A DNA stretch of 64,000 bases, taken from Chlorokybus atmophyticus. Taxonomy: Eukaryota > Plantae > Mesostigma and Chlorokybus algae. The stretch is taken from contig RHPI01003642.1 of NCBI GenBank assembly GCA_009103225.1, forward strand, positions 735,099 through 799,098, written 5' to 3'. Shown here in pieces: positions 1 to 29,288 of the stretch (the stretch's first letter is position 1; each line of letters starts with the position of its first letter). Below the pieces are notes generated by a model. The model was not told the DNA's origin and made no database searches. It saw only the letters and a list, made by a program, of their open reading frames with translations. The translations under genes and the position numbers were made by a program.

Positions 1-60
<60 letters not shown>
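1..60. repeat. (CA)30 microsatellite
   Basis: Perfect AC dinucleotide run at the window start. Confidence 0.99.
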
Positions 61-64
<4 letters not shown>

Positions 65-470
65 GTAGCCCTTTATGGTCTGGTACATGTTTCGGGCTGT
101 GTGTCAAGACATGTTGCCGTTGCAAGCGTGGCAGGCAGTTCTCCCCTGGGGTGTTCTCAACGGTTTTGGGACCAGCATGTTGCCTACTGACCCTCTCGTG
201 TTCACGCTTATGATATGCATGCAATGAGTGTGCAGCATGGCGAACACCGCTCATCTTGTTATTTACCAATTCGTGAGTTGACCCAAAAGCCAAGTCCATC
301 AACTTGATTGAACACATTGCGCATTACAGAGAGTTTGGCGTTCTCTGAGACGAATTGAGCAGTCATGAACTGCTTTACCTCGTGACAAACACGACTCATG
401 CCATGCATGTATACAGACTCACACTGACCTGTCCATCATGTACAAACCCATGAACTCCCATGTTTCGCAG

Positions 471-16164
<15,694 letters not shown>

Positions 16165-16961
16165 CGACTCCTCCACGTTAACTCCAATTAAGCCATGTGA
16201 ATTAGACTCTGCCTAGGATACACGAGGAAATTTTTTTCTGCCATTTATTACATTTGTACAGTGCAAACATTGTGCCTTCCACTCTGCATGGTCTTCAACC
16301 TTTGAGTGGTTTTCATGCGCGCTAGTGCGACCAGCCTCCAACACGCGCAAGGGCGGCGCACAGTTTATGCGGTCCAGCCCCTTCTGCCTGTGTCAGTCAT
16401 GTCATATGCTGTGTAGCACACAACCCCACAGTCACAACCGCCTGCACTTGGCAGGTGCTGACTGTCGCGCTGCATGCCTGGTCAATGCTTGTTCTGCTTC
16501 TGTTGTGGGTAGCAATAATATGCAAAGCCATGTTTGTCATTGTTTGTTGTTGACGTCGTGTTGTGCGTGTCCCTTTACACAACCCTTTCATCTCTGTTCC
16601 TCCAACCTGCTTGTTCTCAACATTGTTGTGCAATTCCATGTTGTCCCACGAGGGTGTTCAACTGGGGAGTACAATATATCACATCTGCAGTTCAACGGCG
16701 GTTCAGTTGCAGCTAGTGACGCTACACCAAATGTTCCAGTTAGCTGAAGCACAGCTCGGTACCGTAGCGAGGCATGGCTAACCACACAGATGCAGACAAC
16801 TTGTGCGCTGAAGCCGTGTGCAGCCGCACAACCTCGCTGTTAAGCACTGCTACGTGCACAGTTCTACACCGTAGTCTATGCTACACCTGCACTCCAACAC
16901 AAGGTCCTGTACCTTAGCCCATTAGAGAATCAACCAGTGTACAAAATAAGCTATCAGACTA

Positions 16962-18075
16962 CTACTTATCCGCAACCCGCCTGTAGATGGCGCATAACCT
17001 TGAAGGCTTGAAAACCTGCCATGAAACAGCATCACAGTGGCACAGCCTAATTCTGCATCATGTCAAAACACACAACACATGACTACCTTCAGGTCCCCTA
17101 CCTTGGCCTTGAACATGAAGTTGGGGGGAACATTGATGACCACGTAGTTGTCCTTGTCGAAAAAATAGCTTTCATACTCCTGCACAGAAAGCTTCAAAGA
17201 TAAGACAAGCTGTCTTCACTTGTATTGAAAAGCGTTAAACAACAAGTGTCGTACGAAAAGCCAACATATTCACCTGTGGCATGCCATGCTTGGTCTGTGG
17301 GCTCCATGGGACTGGCTGGAACAAGTTGCCAGAAAACTCCAGCTTCGCGTCTTGCGGAGCGCCGGGTTGCAACGCAACCTGGTGTATCATATGTTGGGCG
17401 TTAGGCTTATTTGTATCCAAAGCACACACGTGAAGCTGACAGCGCAGTGCAGTACCTGATCACAGAAGGTTGACGAGGAGAGCAGCCCGACAAGGATCTG
17501 CTTGTTCTGCGCAACGGGCCAGCTGACTTTAAGTGGTTTGAATAACAGTGCAACCGAATGGTGAACAACACTACGCCATGCTGGTCACGTAACAGCGCGG
17601 AAGATGCGTAGTATGCAAAGAGAGCAACTTGCGAAGCATAAGTCAAGATGCATGACTGGCAATGCATTAGCAGCGCGTGCATGCGAGCATTGTGTATCCG
17701 AGCATGCATAAAGGCGCGAATGTTCGTCGGGGTACATATGCGCACACGCATGCACACATGCATATTTATGCCTGCGTGTGTGCATGTGTGCGTGTGTGCA
17801 TGTGTCTGTGCGTGTGTGTGCGTGCGCCAGCGCATGCAACTTGGCCTCTAGCTGGCACAGGCGATCACAAAATAAGGGGGAAGTCAATGAAGTGAAGTCA
17901 CATGAACCTGGCTGGAGGATACAACCCTGATGCAAGCCATCCCACGCTGCAGTTTCACCAACAGCCTTGACCAGCGCAAGGTGCATGCAATGCATTGCCA
18001 ACGTTGGGTCAAGCTGCTCACCTCTTCCTGCAGCTCAAACGTGCTATCAAAGTTTTCCACAGCCCTTATTCCCAT
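16962..18075 (-). CDS. Conserved green-lineage hypothetical protein (6 exons, ~145 aa)
   Basis: Spliced reading MGIRAVENFDSTFELQEE|RGMACIRVVSSSQ|..VVHHSVALLFKPLKVSWPVAQNKQILVGLLSSSTFCDQ|VALQPGAPQDAKLEFSGNLFQPVPWSPQTKHGMPQ|EYESYFFDKDNYVVINVPPNFMFKAK|VFKPSRLCAIYRRVADK* with canonical GT-AG sites. From memory it resembles a small uncharacterised plant protein (not verified). The exon 3 acceptor is uncertain. Confidence 0.7.
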
Positions 18076-18729
18076 GCGCGTGACCGTTCGGCTAGCGCGA
18101 GATGACGAGTGCCGCTCCCGCCTCGCTGCGTGCGGCCTGGCTGGCCTGCTCCGTGCGGCGGCAACGGCGGCTGTGGCAGCGGTGGCAGGTCTATGCGCCG
18201 CAGGTCTCAGTGCTACACTGAAAGCCGCGCGAGGGCTGGAGCTGTTCGCAGGTACTGCAACAGATGACACGCACAACGCTCCGTACGACGCCATTGTCAC
18301 CGACTACAACACCGTCGCCGCCGCCGCCGCCGGGATCAGAGCGCGACCACTGAACCAGATCATCGCAAGTGAAACACTGGGTTGGGTTCACAATTTTGAT
18401 GAACGCTGTGGATCAGTGTTCAGTTAGGGTTCTGTTGCAAGAGTGCGTCAGCAGTGTGGCAGTGAGCACACCAACGGTCGGCGCGGCAGCAGCAGCAGCA
18501 GCGGCGGCGGCGAGGTGGTTGCTCGTGGCGGCGGCGACGGTGTTGTACTTGTGGATCCTGTTGCGTTTAACCGGCATTGGACATACACTGTCTGAGCCGG
18601 CTGTGCTTGCCTGTCGGGCTGTTGTGCTGGCAGCCGGGTCTTTGCGGCAATGCGGCGGAAGCTGATGCTGTGGTGGGTTTGAAGCGACGTGTAGGGTAGA
18701 GTTGGGGCTCTGGTTTGGTATCTGTGTTG

Positions 18730-20444
18730 ATGGCCACGGTGGCTCCCGGCATGGAGGATCCTGCTGCGGCAGCAGCCATGGCCGCCGCCGCTGCGGCAGC
18801 GGCTGCTGCAGGAGCCGCCGCCGGCCCCGCCGGCGTGGCGCCCATCTTGGCCGCGGCAGGTGCGCCCCGCAACGGCAAGCACCAGTTCTTGCTCTGGAGA
18901 ACCATGTTTGAGATTGACGTACGGTACACGCCCATCAAGCCCATTGGCAAGGGAGCCTACGGCGTGGTGTGCTCGGCCAAAGACACGCTAACAGGTACAT
19001 GCTGTCAATCAATCCACTTCTTGCGCCAGTGGACAAGCGTTGGGGAGTGTTCAATTGCTAATGAGCTTAGAAGTTTTCATGCTGCTACCCTCCAAGATCT
19101 CATTGCTGCATAGTGTCATTTCCCCATTCTGGTACGAGCTTGACAAGACAGTTGCCGGATGTTGCCCAACTGCTGCACAAGCTCTGAGACTGCTTGAGCT
19201 TGCGCATTCTGCACAGCTTGCACACGTTCTAAACTGTTAGGTCTGCATGTCAAACTTGCCATTGGCTGCTGTGTGGGTTGATTGATACGGCATTGCCTCA
19301 ACCGTATTAACTGTTTCACATCGTATCCGCTTGCAGGCGAGAAATGCGCCATCAAGAAAATCAGCAACGCGTTTGAGAATGTGACAGACGCTCGCCGCAC
19401 GCTAAGAGAGATCAAGCTGCTGAGGCATTTGTACCATGAGAATATTATAGGTATAAAAGACATAATGAAGCCGACCATGCGCGCGGACTTCAACGACGTG
19501 TACATAGTTTACGAGTTGATGGACACAGACCTGCACCAGATCATCCGTTCTTCACAGCCTCTCTCAGACGACCACTGCCAGTACTTTATTTACCAGGTCA
19601 GCAGAAATAACCCCGTGCATGCAGCATGGTTAGTGCAGCAAGTGCGGTGCTGCCCTACACCCCAGATTGGAAATGTGCATGGGTTGTGTCATATTGTGGT
19701 TCGTTCGTTATGGGAACATGGATGTTGACTGTTAATTTGCTGCAGCTGCTTCGCGGATTGAAATACATTCATTCAGCTAACGTTCTTCACCGAGATCTGA
19801 AGCCGAGCAATCTGCTTCTGAACGCAAGCTGCGACTTGAAGATTTGCGATTTTGGGCTGGCACGCACAGGGTCCGATAAAGGGTTCATGACCGAGTATGT
19901 GGTCACAAGGTGGTACAGAGCTCCCGAGTTGCTGCTGTCATGCGAAGAGTACACTGCCGCCATCGACGTGTGGTCGGTGGGTTGCATATTCGCTGAGCTC
20001 CTCGCACGCAAGCCTCTGTTCCCCGGCAAGGACTACATCCACCAGTTGAAGCTAATCATCAACCTGATTGGCACGCCTTCGGAAGCGGAGATGGAGTTCA
20101 TTCAGAGCAACAAGGCCAAGACCTACATCAGGTCGCTGCCAGTCTGCCAGCGTGTGGATCTCCGCAAGTTGTTCCCGCGGGCGAATGAGTTGGCAGTGGA
20201 CCTCATCGACAAAATGCTGGTGTTTGATCCTAGCAAGCGCATCACCGTGCAGGAGGCTCTAGAACACCCTTATCTGGCTTCATTGCACGATGTCACGGTG
20301 GAGCCCTCTGCTGATGGCGCGTTCGAGTTTGACTTTGAAGAGGAGGATCTCAAGGAAGAACATCTCAGGCAAAAGGTCTATGAAGAAATTCTGTACTTCC
20401 ATCCTGAACTGTTAGATGATCAAGGCAAGGATAAGACTACATAG
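18730..20444 (+). CDS. Mitogen-activated protein kinase, TEY type (plant group B/C-like), 3 exons
   Basis: [54 protein letters not shown]; introns at ~18995-19337 and ~19597-19745; poly-Ala N-terminus. The start may be 18730 or 18751. Confidence 0.97.
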
Positions 20445-20889
20445 CCCTAGCTGTTTGGCCCCCCTTCATTATGCGCTACATGTCGCCCAAGATACATTCT
20501 GTTTGACATGTAACATGTACAACACTGCAGAGTTGAGTAGTGCTTGGTGACAGTTGGCACAGTTTTTCCAAGTTGGTAGATATCGTGCAGCCTGCCACAG
20601 ATTCTGCGTGCCTTAGAAGCACTCGGACACATGGTGCGAGCATGGCACCCACGACTTACAATGCATTTGGCACATGCAGTATACAAGATATGCAATGTAG
20701 TGCATATGACCGCGCTGACACATGCAGTCAAGTGTGACACTTGTTGATGATTTATGCCTGACACAATCAACTGCATGGATCACTGACGAGGACCACCATT
20801 CCATTATGTTATGGCACTGTTGGGGGGCAACCCTCCATGCGCATCATTACTAATTATTGAATAGCAATATACAGTTGCACTACTTTCGT

Positions 20890-22515
20890 TTAGCTTTTGC
20901 CCAGCGCCATAAGCATATCAGCGTCGCAGACGAGTTCGCCATCCACGAATGCTTCCCCTCGCATCTTGGCAATGCCAAACCGCTTGTTGACCTTGCCGAG
21001 AGTGACCTTCATGCGCAGCTGGTCGCCAGGCACTACGGGCTTGCGAAACCTGCAGGAGTCAATGCCTGGCAGCAAACAAGTGTTGGTGTTCAGATTCCCA
21101 ATAACAGCAGCTCGAGTGCGACAGTGCCACTCACTGGGCGCATGCATAAAACTTGCCTGCAAAAAAGAAGCTTTCCCTTGAGCCGCCGACCTCCGGGTTC
21201 AACATGAGTATGCCTCCTGTCTGTGCCATTGCCTGACACAATGCATGCATCCGTCAGCATTCATCCCTTAGCAGTATGCTGTATTGCGTGTAGTCTTTGC
21301 TGGTACACGCCATATTGCATGCTTCTACTCAGCCCCACCTCAACAATGAGGACTCCAGGCATTATGGGGCGCTCGGGGAAGTGTCCCGGGAAGAAGTTGT
21401 CGTTTATTGTGACATTCTTGATGCCGACGACAGACACGCCGGGTATGTACTCAACAACGCGATCCACCAACAAGAAAGGGAACCTATCACGGACTTCCAT
21501 CAGTACACCTACACATGATATTGCGCGTCAACTCCGGGGGGGGGGGGAGTCTTCCGTTCTTACCTGTGCGGGAGGATGTCCTTGATGGCGTTGATGTCGA
21601 CAACCGCGGGGGAGTGTGCAGGAGTCCTTTCGATGGGTACAGCTGCAGGGGCTGCCTTCTCCTCTGCAGGGGCAGCAGGTGAAGCAGACTCGGCCTCCTT
21701 TACCTGTATGCAGCGGACACGCAATGAGTAATTCGTTAATGCTAGGTAGGGCACCAACCACGTGCAAGACATGCTGAGAAAACCAGTCGCCATTGTGTAT
21801 GCATGCCTGGATGTGTTCTTTGGGGAGAGCGGGGTGCAAAGCGTGAGGGGTTTGGGGTTGCTGGCAAACTGTGCGTATGCTGTATCTCTATAGTGCCTCT
21901 ACAAGTTTGTAGAGCCACTGCTTGCTGTCTCTTAGCGATTAACGGTTTTGCACTCCCTGCAGCGCTTGACATCTGATGCCAGCAGTATGTGACACTCTAC
22001 TGTACACTATGTAAGCGGGCATTATCCTACAAGCTGCCGGGCAGCACTTTTATCAGCAGGTTGCGGGTGCGTGCATGTAACTGCAGTGTGCCAATGAACA
22101 GAGTGCACTTGGTCGATCCTGATCAGACCCTCAAGCGTTGACAACGGTATGTCCATGCAAGTGTCATGCATGCTTTGAAAATTCTAGACAAGACGCTTCT
22201 GTTACGCGTGTTCAATTTTGCTGTGAGCTGGAGATGTTGACAAAGCGCTTCCGATGTGCATTGCGCACACACTATGTGAGCATCAAGCCGCATGTGTCAC
22301 ACCCACCCACAATGCACCTGTGGCTCAGCGACCGCGCGGACAGTCCCGAGCTGAGCTCTTCTTGAGGAAGAGCGCACTGGACATAACCTCAGCTTGGCTA
22401 CAGGTAATCCACTCCTCCTCTTCAACGACAACGTCGCCGCCGACGACACAGGCGGCGTCACCCCCGACGCCTGCACCGGCAACACCACCGCCACCCCACC
22501 CACGGTCAACGACAT
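20890..22515 (-). CDS. fabZ: 3-hydroxyacyl-ACP dehydratase FabZ, plastid-targeted
   Basis: [11 protein letters not shown]|[12 protein letters not shown]...[27 protein letters not shown]...[12 protein letters not shown]...[13 protein letters not shown]. First exon is an Arg/Ser/Ala-rich transit peptide (MSLTVGG...[19 protein letters not shown]). Confidence 0.97.
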
Positions 22516-23426
22516 TGCGAGATGTAACTCAATTAGTTAGCGATGAGTGACAAGACAACCGCAATGACTCCGCCGCCTCCAACAACCACAGCCAGGCGAG
22601 CACTGATACCCACAAGCACACCGCCGCTAGCAACACCCTTCCATAACGTTAGCCTTTGTCTTATGTCATCGCTAACGCCGTTCCTGCGCCTGAAACAGCG
22701 GCCACAACAACATTGTTAGTGGTAGCTGCAACGTTACGTCCCACGTCAGCTATAGCTGGCGAGTTTATGGCCAGCCGCTAAGATCTCTCGAGCGCTTTCG
22801 GCCTCTAGATGAGGCTCAATGCACCGATCGGACGGCTGGATGCGCGACCGCCACCCTGTAGGCAACGAGCAATGCGACACGCCAAGTTATGGCGTGACGG
22901 CGTCACGACCAGGTCACGTGACCTTGAGCTGGGGCAGGGTTCAGCGTTGCATCTGAGAGGCGGCGGCGGCGAAGGAGGAGGAGGAGGAGGAAGAGGACAG
23001 AGAGGAGGAGAGAAGAGAGAGAGACAGAAGCAGCTTTGGATCTGCGTCCTAGAGGGGTGATCTCTAGGTGCGAGTGGAGACAAGCTGGAGAAGCACACAC
23101 AGATACAACACGCAAGAACACACATGAGGTGCTTACACAGTTGCTTACAAAGTGGAACAGTCAGCTCTAAACAGCACCTCAGTTTTCATGACTTTTGCTG
23201 AGCCAGCTTTGCACCAAAGATAGGACACAACCCAGAGCATGGAGGTCTACATCGTGCCAAGATAAGATGCAAGTGTTCAAATATTATGTAAACGGCAGAA
23301 GCGCTATGAAGTATAGGAGTCTGTAAACATGCCTGCTGGGTTCATACCACTTATTCATGGCGTCGGAATCTCCAACCAAAAAATCACATCCACTGAGGTA
23401 TGTTGCACCCTACCAAGTGTATGTAA

Positions 23427-26400
23427 ATGCAGCTCACACACCGACATTGCTGCTACTTCACCACACTAACACATAGCACAAACAGGGAGTTGGCAACTAT
23501 CAGCAGTCGTCTGCAAGCACAGCATGCATCGGCAGAGTTGCTGTCACCTCGCGGGTTGTCATCCTCGGCGACATCTTCGCCGCGCACGCAGCTGGCAATG
23601 TCCCCTCGATTGCCGTTGCGTGCAGAAAGAAGCGTCAAGTTCATCAACGACGGCGCCAATGACACGCAGCCAAAGGTCATCAAGTTCTTACCTCCACGGG
23701 AACCCACACCGATTGCGCGCAACGCCTCCGCTGATTATGGTGATGATGATGGTGACGACAACGAGGAGGAGGAGGAGGCGGAGGAGGAGGAGGAAGAGTA
23801 TGATGACGATTACACTCACTTCAAGGAGCGTGTCGATGATGCATCCAGAGCGGATGCGCCATCTACACCGATATCAGCCAGAAGTGCAAGTGTATCACCA
23901 AGCCCGCGCACACGTTGGTTGGATAACAAAAGGCCAAAGTTAGCCAACATATCTCTCAGGGCAGACACTGATGTGCGATTGCGCCCATTAAAGACCGCGC
24001 GGGGCCGGCTTCAAGAAACACACATAATGTCAAGTCCATCTTGGGAGAACGACAACCATGCGTCCATTGACATCTGCGGACAGCCGTATGACATGCAATT
24101 CCCCGTATGGCAGCGCGTGACAGAAGAGTCACGCCTCTTTTGGATTCATCGCCTCACGCGATTGGCCGCACAGTTCCCCATATCCATGACAGCCCAGCTA
24201 TGCTACGCCACACCCCAACCAGATGGTACAAAGCAACAACAACTTGTGCATGTTGACCAACAGTCTGCACGGCCACTGATGTGTGGCTGACCAGTACTTG
24301 CTGCCTTGTGAGCAGAATGCGAGCTACTTGGTTTGCAGAAGAATGCCAGGGCGCGTGTAAGGGAGCTTGAGGACTGGTTGAAAGGAGTGCTAGACGGGTT
24401 AAACTCCTCCTCCTCCTCCTCCTCCTCCTCCTCTTCCAGCCGCCTCCCGTCCGAGGTGGACAGCGTGTTGGCTAGCGTTCGCGCGCGTGGCATCCCTCTT
24501 GCCCGCTCCGCCATCGACGCGTACCGCGCGGCGTTTGTGGCCATCCGGGAGCAGGTGTCGCGAGAGTGCCGGGACCGAGGAGACTTACTCGCAGCAGTGT
24601 GGGAACACCACGCACGCCTACTTGAGATGGATGCGGCCCTGCGTGCGCATAGAGCTGCAGACAAGTGGGCTGCACACGCACTCTCACTCCGCCGCCAACT
24701 GCAGGTCTGTCATACGTTGGGTTGGGTTGGGTTGGGTGTTTACACCACTCGTCTTAGCGTCAACTTTGCCGTGCAGGAAGTGTGGGCTTCAAGGCAGCAG
24801 ACTGCTGTTGAGTCCAACCAGAGGCAAGCGGTGTTGGAAGCCCGTGTAGTGAAGGTGAGGGACAGCCGAAGTCTAACCTTCACATTGACTGCAAGAAGCA
24901 AACCTGAGGCCAACAGTGTTCTTCTGTAGGCAGAAAGGGAGCGGCATCGTCTTCACAAGTACTGCGTGCGATTGGAGGGTGCGTGTTCCGAATTAACACA
25001 GAGGTTGGAAGACGCTCACGACCACGCGCGCATCATGGAGGCCGGAATGGAGGCAAGCGCCGAACGGCGTGCTCACGTGGAGGCGCAGCTGGCAGAGCGC
25101 GTGGAGCAACTCGAGGCTCGTGCAGCCGAGGCTGCGCGTCTACACGCCCGTGCGGAAATGGCTGAGGCGCAGGCTGAGGAAGACAGAGCTGCCCTGGAAG
25201 AGTGCAAGGGGAGCCTGGCGCAAGTTGATAAAGCGCATCGGCAGCAGCTCATGGCGAAAGCAGTTGTGGAAGTAAGACACTTGAGTGGCTGATGATCAGC
25301 GATGTGTGCATGTGTGCGTGACCGTATTCACTGTACAGATGGAGATGAGGGTGCTAACGGAGAAGTTGGAGATTGAGGCGCAAATGAGAAAGGATACCGA
25401 GGCGGAGGTGGTGGCGGGGAAGGCTGAGCGTGCGGTGTGCGAGGTGAGGATAGAGGAGGAGCGTGAGGCAACACGGCTTGAGCGAGATCTCCGCGAGCAA
25501 ACCGAACACGCTCTGGCGAACGCCAATCAGGAGGTTCAGAAGGCTGTTGAGGTGCGTGTAATGGGCAGAGGGGATGAGAACAGCCCTCTGTGTGCATCGC
25601 TCTTACCTGTATGTCCCATTTCACAGAGGAGGCAAGCAGTGGAGGTGCTCTACGAGGCGCTGCAGGTGGAGGGGATGAATGTGGATGCGAGGCGGGGAGT
25701 GGCGGAGCTGCACCTCAATGAGCAGATTGACAAAAACACTTCACTTCAGCAGGTTCAGCAAGTTGTTGCTCTTCTGGCTACTGTTACACAGCTACTTTTG
25801 AGCATGCAGTCACGCACTGTAGCGCAGACTATTGAAGATTTGAAGGTGGAGTTGGAGAAGGCCAGGCAAGACACCAAGCGCGCATGGGAGGTAAGCCAAG
25901 TTGGTAGTGTCGGGATCGCACACACAATCCACGCACATCAACGCAACCGTGTGCGTGTAGGCCTGCGAAGAAGAGCGCAGCAAGAAGCGTTTATTCCATG
26001 GAGAGCTTGCTGCACGTACAGCTGTTATCAAGGACATCTACGGTGTGCTGGACTACGGCATGCGCGCCGCCATTGACAACCACACCGACAGCGGCAACGC
26101 GGGTGCAGAGAAGCGCCCGTTGGCATGGGAAGATATGGGCGAGAGTGGCGCGGCACTCCGCACGCTGCGTGCCCTATTACGTGGCCTTGACGACAGTCGC
26201 AAGCGCGCGGAGGCTCGCGACCAGGAGATGCTCGTGCTGCAGAAGCGACTGCAGTTGGAGTCTCAAAATGCAGAACACCTCGAACATCGCACACATGAGC
26301 ATCGCAAGCGAGTGTCGGCACTCACGCACGACCTCGATGAGGCCCGCTCTGGCCTCAGGTAAGCAGGTCTTGACAATAACTTCATGCGGACACGCTCTTT

Positions 26401-29207
26401 ACGCCATCTCACCCTTTGCTTTTGGAATGCAGAGTTGCTGAAGCCACTGCCCAAGAGTGTACCAAACGCGCCAACATGTTGGAAGCTGAACTCACAGAGA
26501 CCCGTTCTGAGCTTCAGGTAAAGTTCAGGTGCTATGAACTCCAGTGCTCGCCGTGCATTGATGTGTTGATGAACCAAAGTTGAGTCAAAACCCACACTGC
26601 AGGTTCTGAGGGTTGTAAAGGTGGAGTTGGAGGCCAAGGCGGGAGAGTATAGTATTGTGGTGAGGGTGGCGGAGGAGATGAGGGCACGAGCCAAGTTGCT
26701 GGGAGAGGAGCTCGCAAAGGTGTCCGCGGAGCTGGAGGCTGCAGCGACCGAAAGGGATTGCCTCGATGATGTCGTGATGGTCACTGCAAAGGAGACGCAA
26801 GTCTTGTTGTTCTGCCATGGCGCCGAAGTCAGACAGGTTTGCACACTGTGTGATGCAGCCTGCATGCATGCTTGAAGCGGATCTTCCATACACACATGCC
26901 TGATGCACAATCATCCTCTGCAGTTGCTGGCGGACCTGGCGTACACCCGCAACGCTCTCTGGACGACGCAGACAGCACTGAGCTCCGCGCAAGAAGAGCG
27001 CGACACGCTGCGTGTATCGCTGCGCAACACCGAGGGCGAGTTGGCGGCAGCGCGTGGACAGAGTCAGCGGCTAGGACGGCTGGTCAACGCAGCCAAGTTC
27101 TTCCTGGCAGAGATAGCTGCGCTCAGCGAAGGCGCCGGGTTGCGCGCCAGCGGCAACGCAGCACTCACTGCCATCAACACCAAGGATGCAGTCAACGTCT
27201 ATGCAGCCTTCTGTCCTCGCTGCGGCCGCGCAGGCCTGCTACCAAGGTGGACATTGGCAGCAATGTGTACATACGCATGTGTGTGCACACACTCGATTAT
27301 TTCACATTGAGTAAGACTGACAGTTCTCCATGCACTCCTCAGGCCTGGGCCGCTTCAATGTGGCAACTGCGGTGGTACGCTTTCGATCTCACAGCCCACA
27401 CCGCCCAACCCCAATCCAGGAAAGGAGGCGACCATCGCCGTGCATGAGGATGCACCGGGCCACCTGTTACACATCAAAGCAGGCCTGCTAGCGCGCGCAA
27501 ACAGACAGCTTCGCTTGCAGGTGCATCTGCTGTCATCTAGAGTTTTAAGGAGTTACTTCAGCTAGCAAAGGTCACTGACTGATTTGCAAATCTCTAGCTG
27601 CGTACTGAACGGGAAGAGTGGCTGAGGGCGGAGGAACACTTGTTGGCAGAGTGCATTGCTTCGCATAAGCAGTGCGAGACGCACCTCTACACGCTTGCCG
27701 CTGAGTATGAAACAGCCTTCCGTTCCCTCGACAAGCTGGTAAGCAGCGGGTGTCAACTCCTATGTGCGAAACAACATGAACAGAAACCCACGCATGTAAT
27801 TCCCTTTCACAGGTGAGAGAGATGAGGACGGGTGGTGAGGTCATGCTGGCTGAGGTGCATGTGAAGCTGCGGGAGCTGCGTGAGTACCACGGCCGCGTTG
27901 CAACTCGCTCCAACCGCGCCACGCAGCACGTCGCCGACGCCGCCGTGCGCGAGGACTGGCTGGCGTATCTCTCCCGCCTCCCTCAGGGCTTTCTCAACTC
28001 CGCCAAAGGCGTACCCGAACGCCGCAAAGCCAACAAGTTTGTCGTCCAGGTGTACCTCTACTGGCTCGACACGTATGAGCGCCAACTGGCAATGGATCGC
28101 GCAGCAGGTTTAAGGGGAGGAGCAAGCGGGGGAGGAGGACAAATGCTTGTGTTGGAAAGAGCTTCATTGCCTGAAACCATTGCCACAGTGTTTCAACAAC
28201 TGTATGGACAGTATGCCAACTCAGGTGCCGACAAGCAGATGGAGGACTTCTTTGTTCTCTGCCAGGTACCAGTACAGTCGCATTGCTGCCAATTGACAGA
28301 CTGTACGCTACAACGAGTCACACAAATTTACACGTAGGCGCACCAAGATGACCCCAAAATTGCCCACTTCTCCGACATGTGCGGGCTGCTGCGCGACTCT
28401 CCACTGCCCCCAACGGCCTTCTTGTGCCACCAGGTGTGCAGATGGTTGAGTACACGGATAACGCAGCAACCACACTGTTTGCATGCTGGTTGGTATGCTA
28501 TGCTGTTGTGACGTCATGCATGTCGCCAATTGTCTCGCGCATATCCTGTACATACACAGTCTCAAAGTGTATCATGCTAAGACAGTGTATCATACGCAGG
28601 ATTTGCTCTTCTGCCTGAAGCAGCTGTCAGGTGCAGCCTGGCGCCCACTTGTCCGCGAGTGGGAGCAGGTAAGTAGCAACACTGGCACTCCTAAGCATTG
28701 CATAACGTGTATAACCTGTTACCGTACCTGTCCTCTAACAATTAAGCATGCTGGCGTGCAGGGTCTAGCCCTAATACCTGCTAGGCTGGCGAGTCAGGTG
28801 ATTTGCAACGCTTACAACAGTGATGACGCGGAGCAGGTGCCCGTATGGCGCAACTCCCTGCCGGTACGATCGTGTGCGGCTTCCTGTTCCTCACAGCCTG
28901 TTATGCTTCAACACTCATGACACAACACTTTGTACAACAGAGGCTGATACGTGACGCCAAGCACGGTCAAGCGATCGACCTGGATGCCTTCCTTGCTGCC
29001 GTGGTGCAGGACCACATGGCAGGCAACTGCCCTGTGAACCCGCTGCACAATCCGCGCCACGTGATGGGCCGGTCCCGCACGTCCTCAACAACGCCGGGGG
29101 CCATGAACACGCCGAGGACCACGCCGCCGCTGCCGCCAGGCTCATCGCCAGAGCCAATGCCCATGCCACGAGCCCGCAGAGACGCTATGGTTATGCAATC
29201 CCAATGA
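23427..29207 (+). CDS. Large coiled-coil protein with an axonemal dynein light chain (p28-like) domain and a TSNAXIP1-like C-terminus; probable flagellar protein
   Basis: RARVRELEDWL...AIDAYRAAFVAIREQVSRECRDRGDLLAAVWE resembles the Ax_dynein_light motif. Long E/A/R/L heptad exons span 24.9-27.2 kb. The C-terminal part has FQQLYGQY...FFVLCQAHQDDPKIAHFSDMCGL and AIDLDAFLAAVV. The 5' end is unresolved (acceptor near 23484). Confidence 0.7.
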
Positions 29208-29288
29208 CACGAGCACAGATAGTGGTTGATGTATCATAGTTGAGCAAGAGGGTGGCAACAACACATATACGGCGCTGCATCGATGAGA

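Noticed and set aside
16200-16900. Possible extra exons of the giant gene, or a small minus-strand gene
   Set aside because: I found no in-frame splice route past the stop at 16164 and no recognisable domain.
18448-18950. Ala-rich antisense ORFs overlapping the MAPK start
   Set aside because: They are by-products of GCC/GCA repeats.
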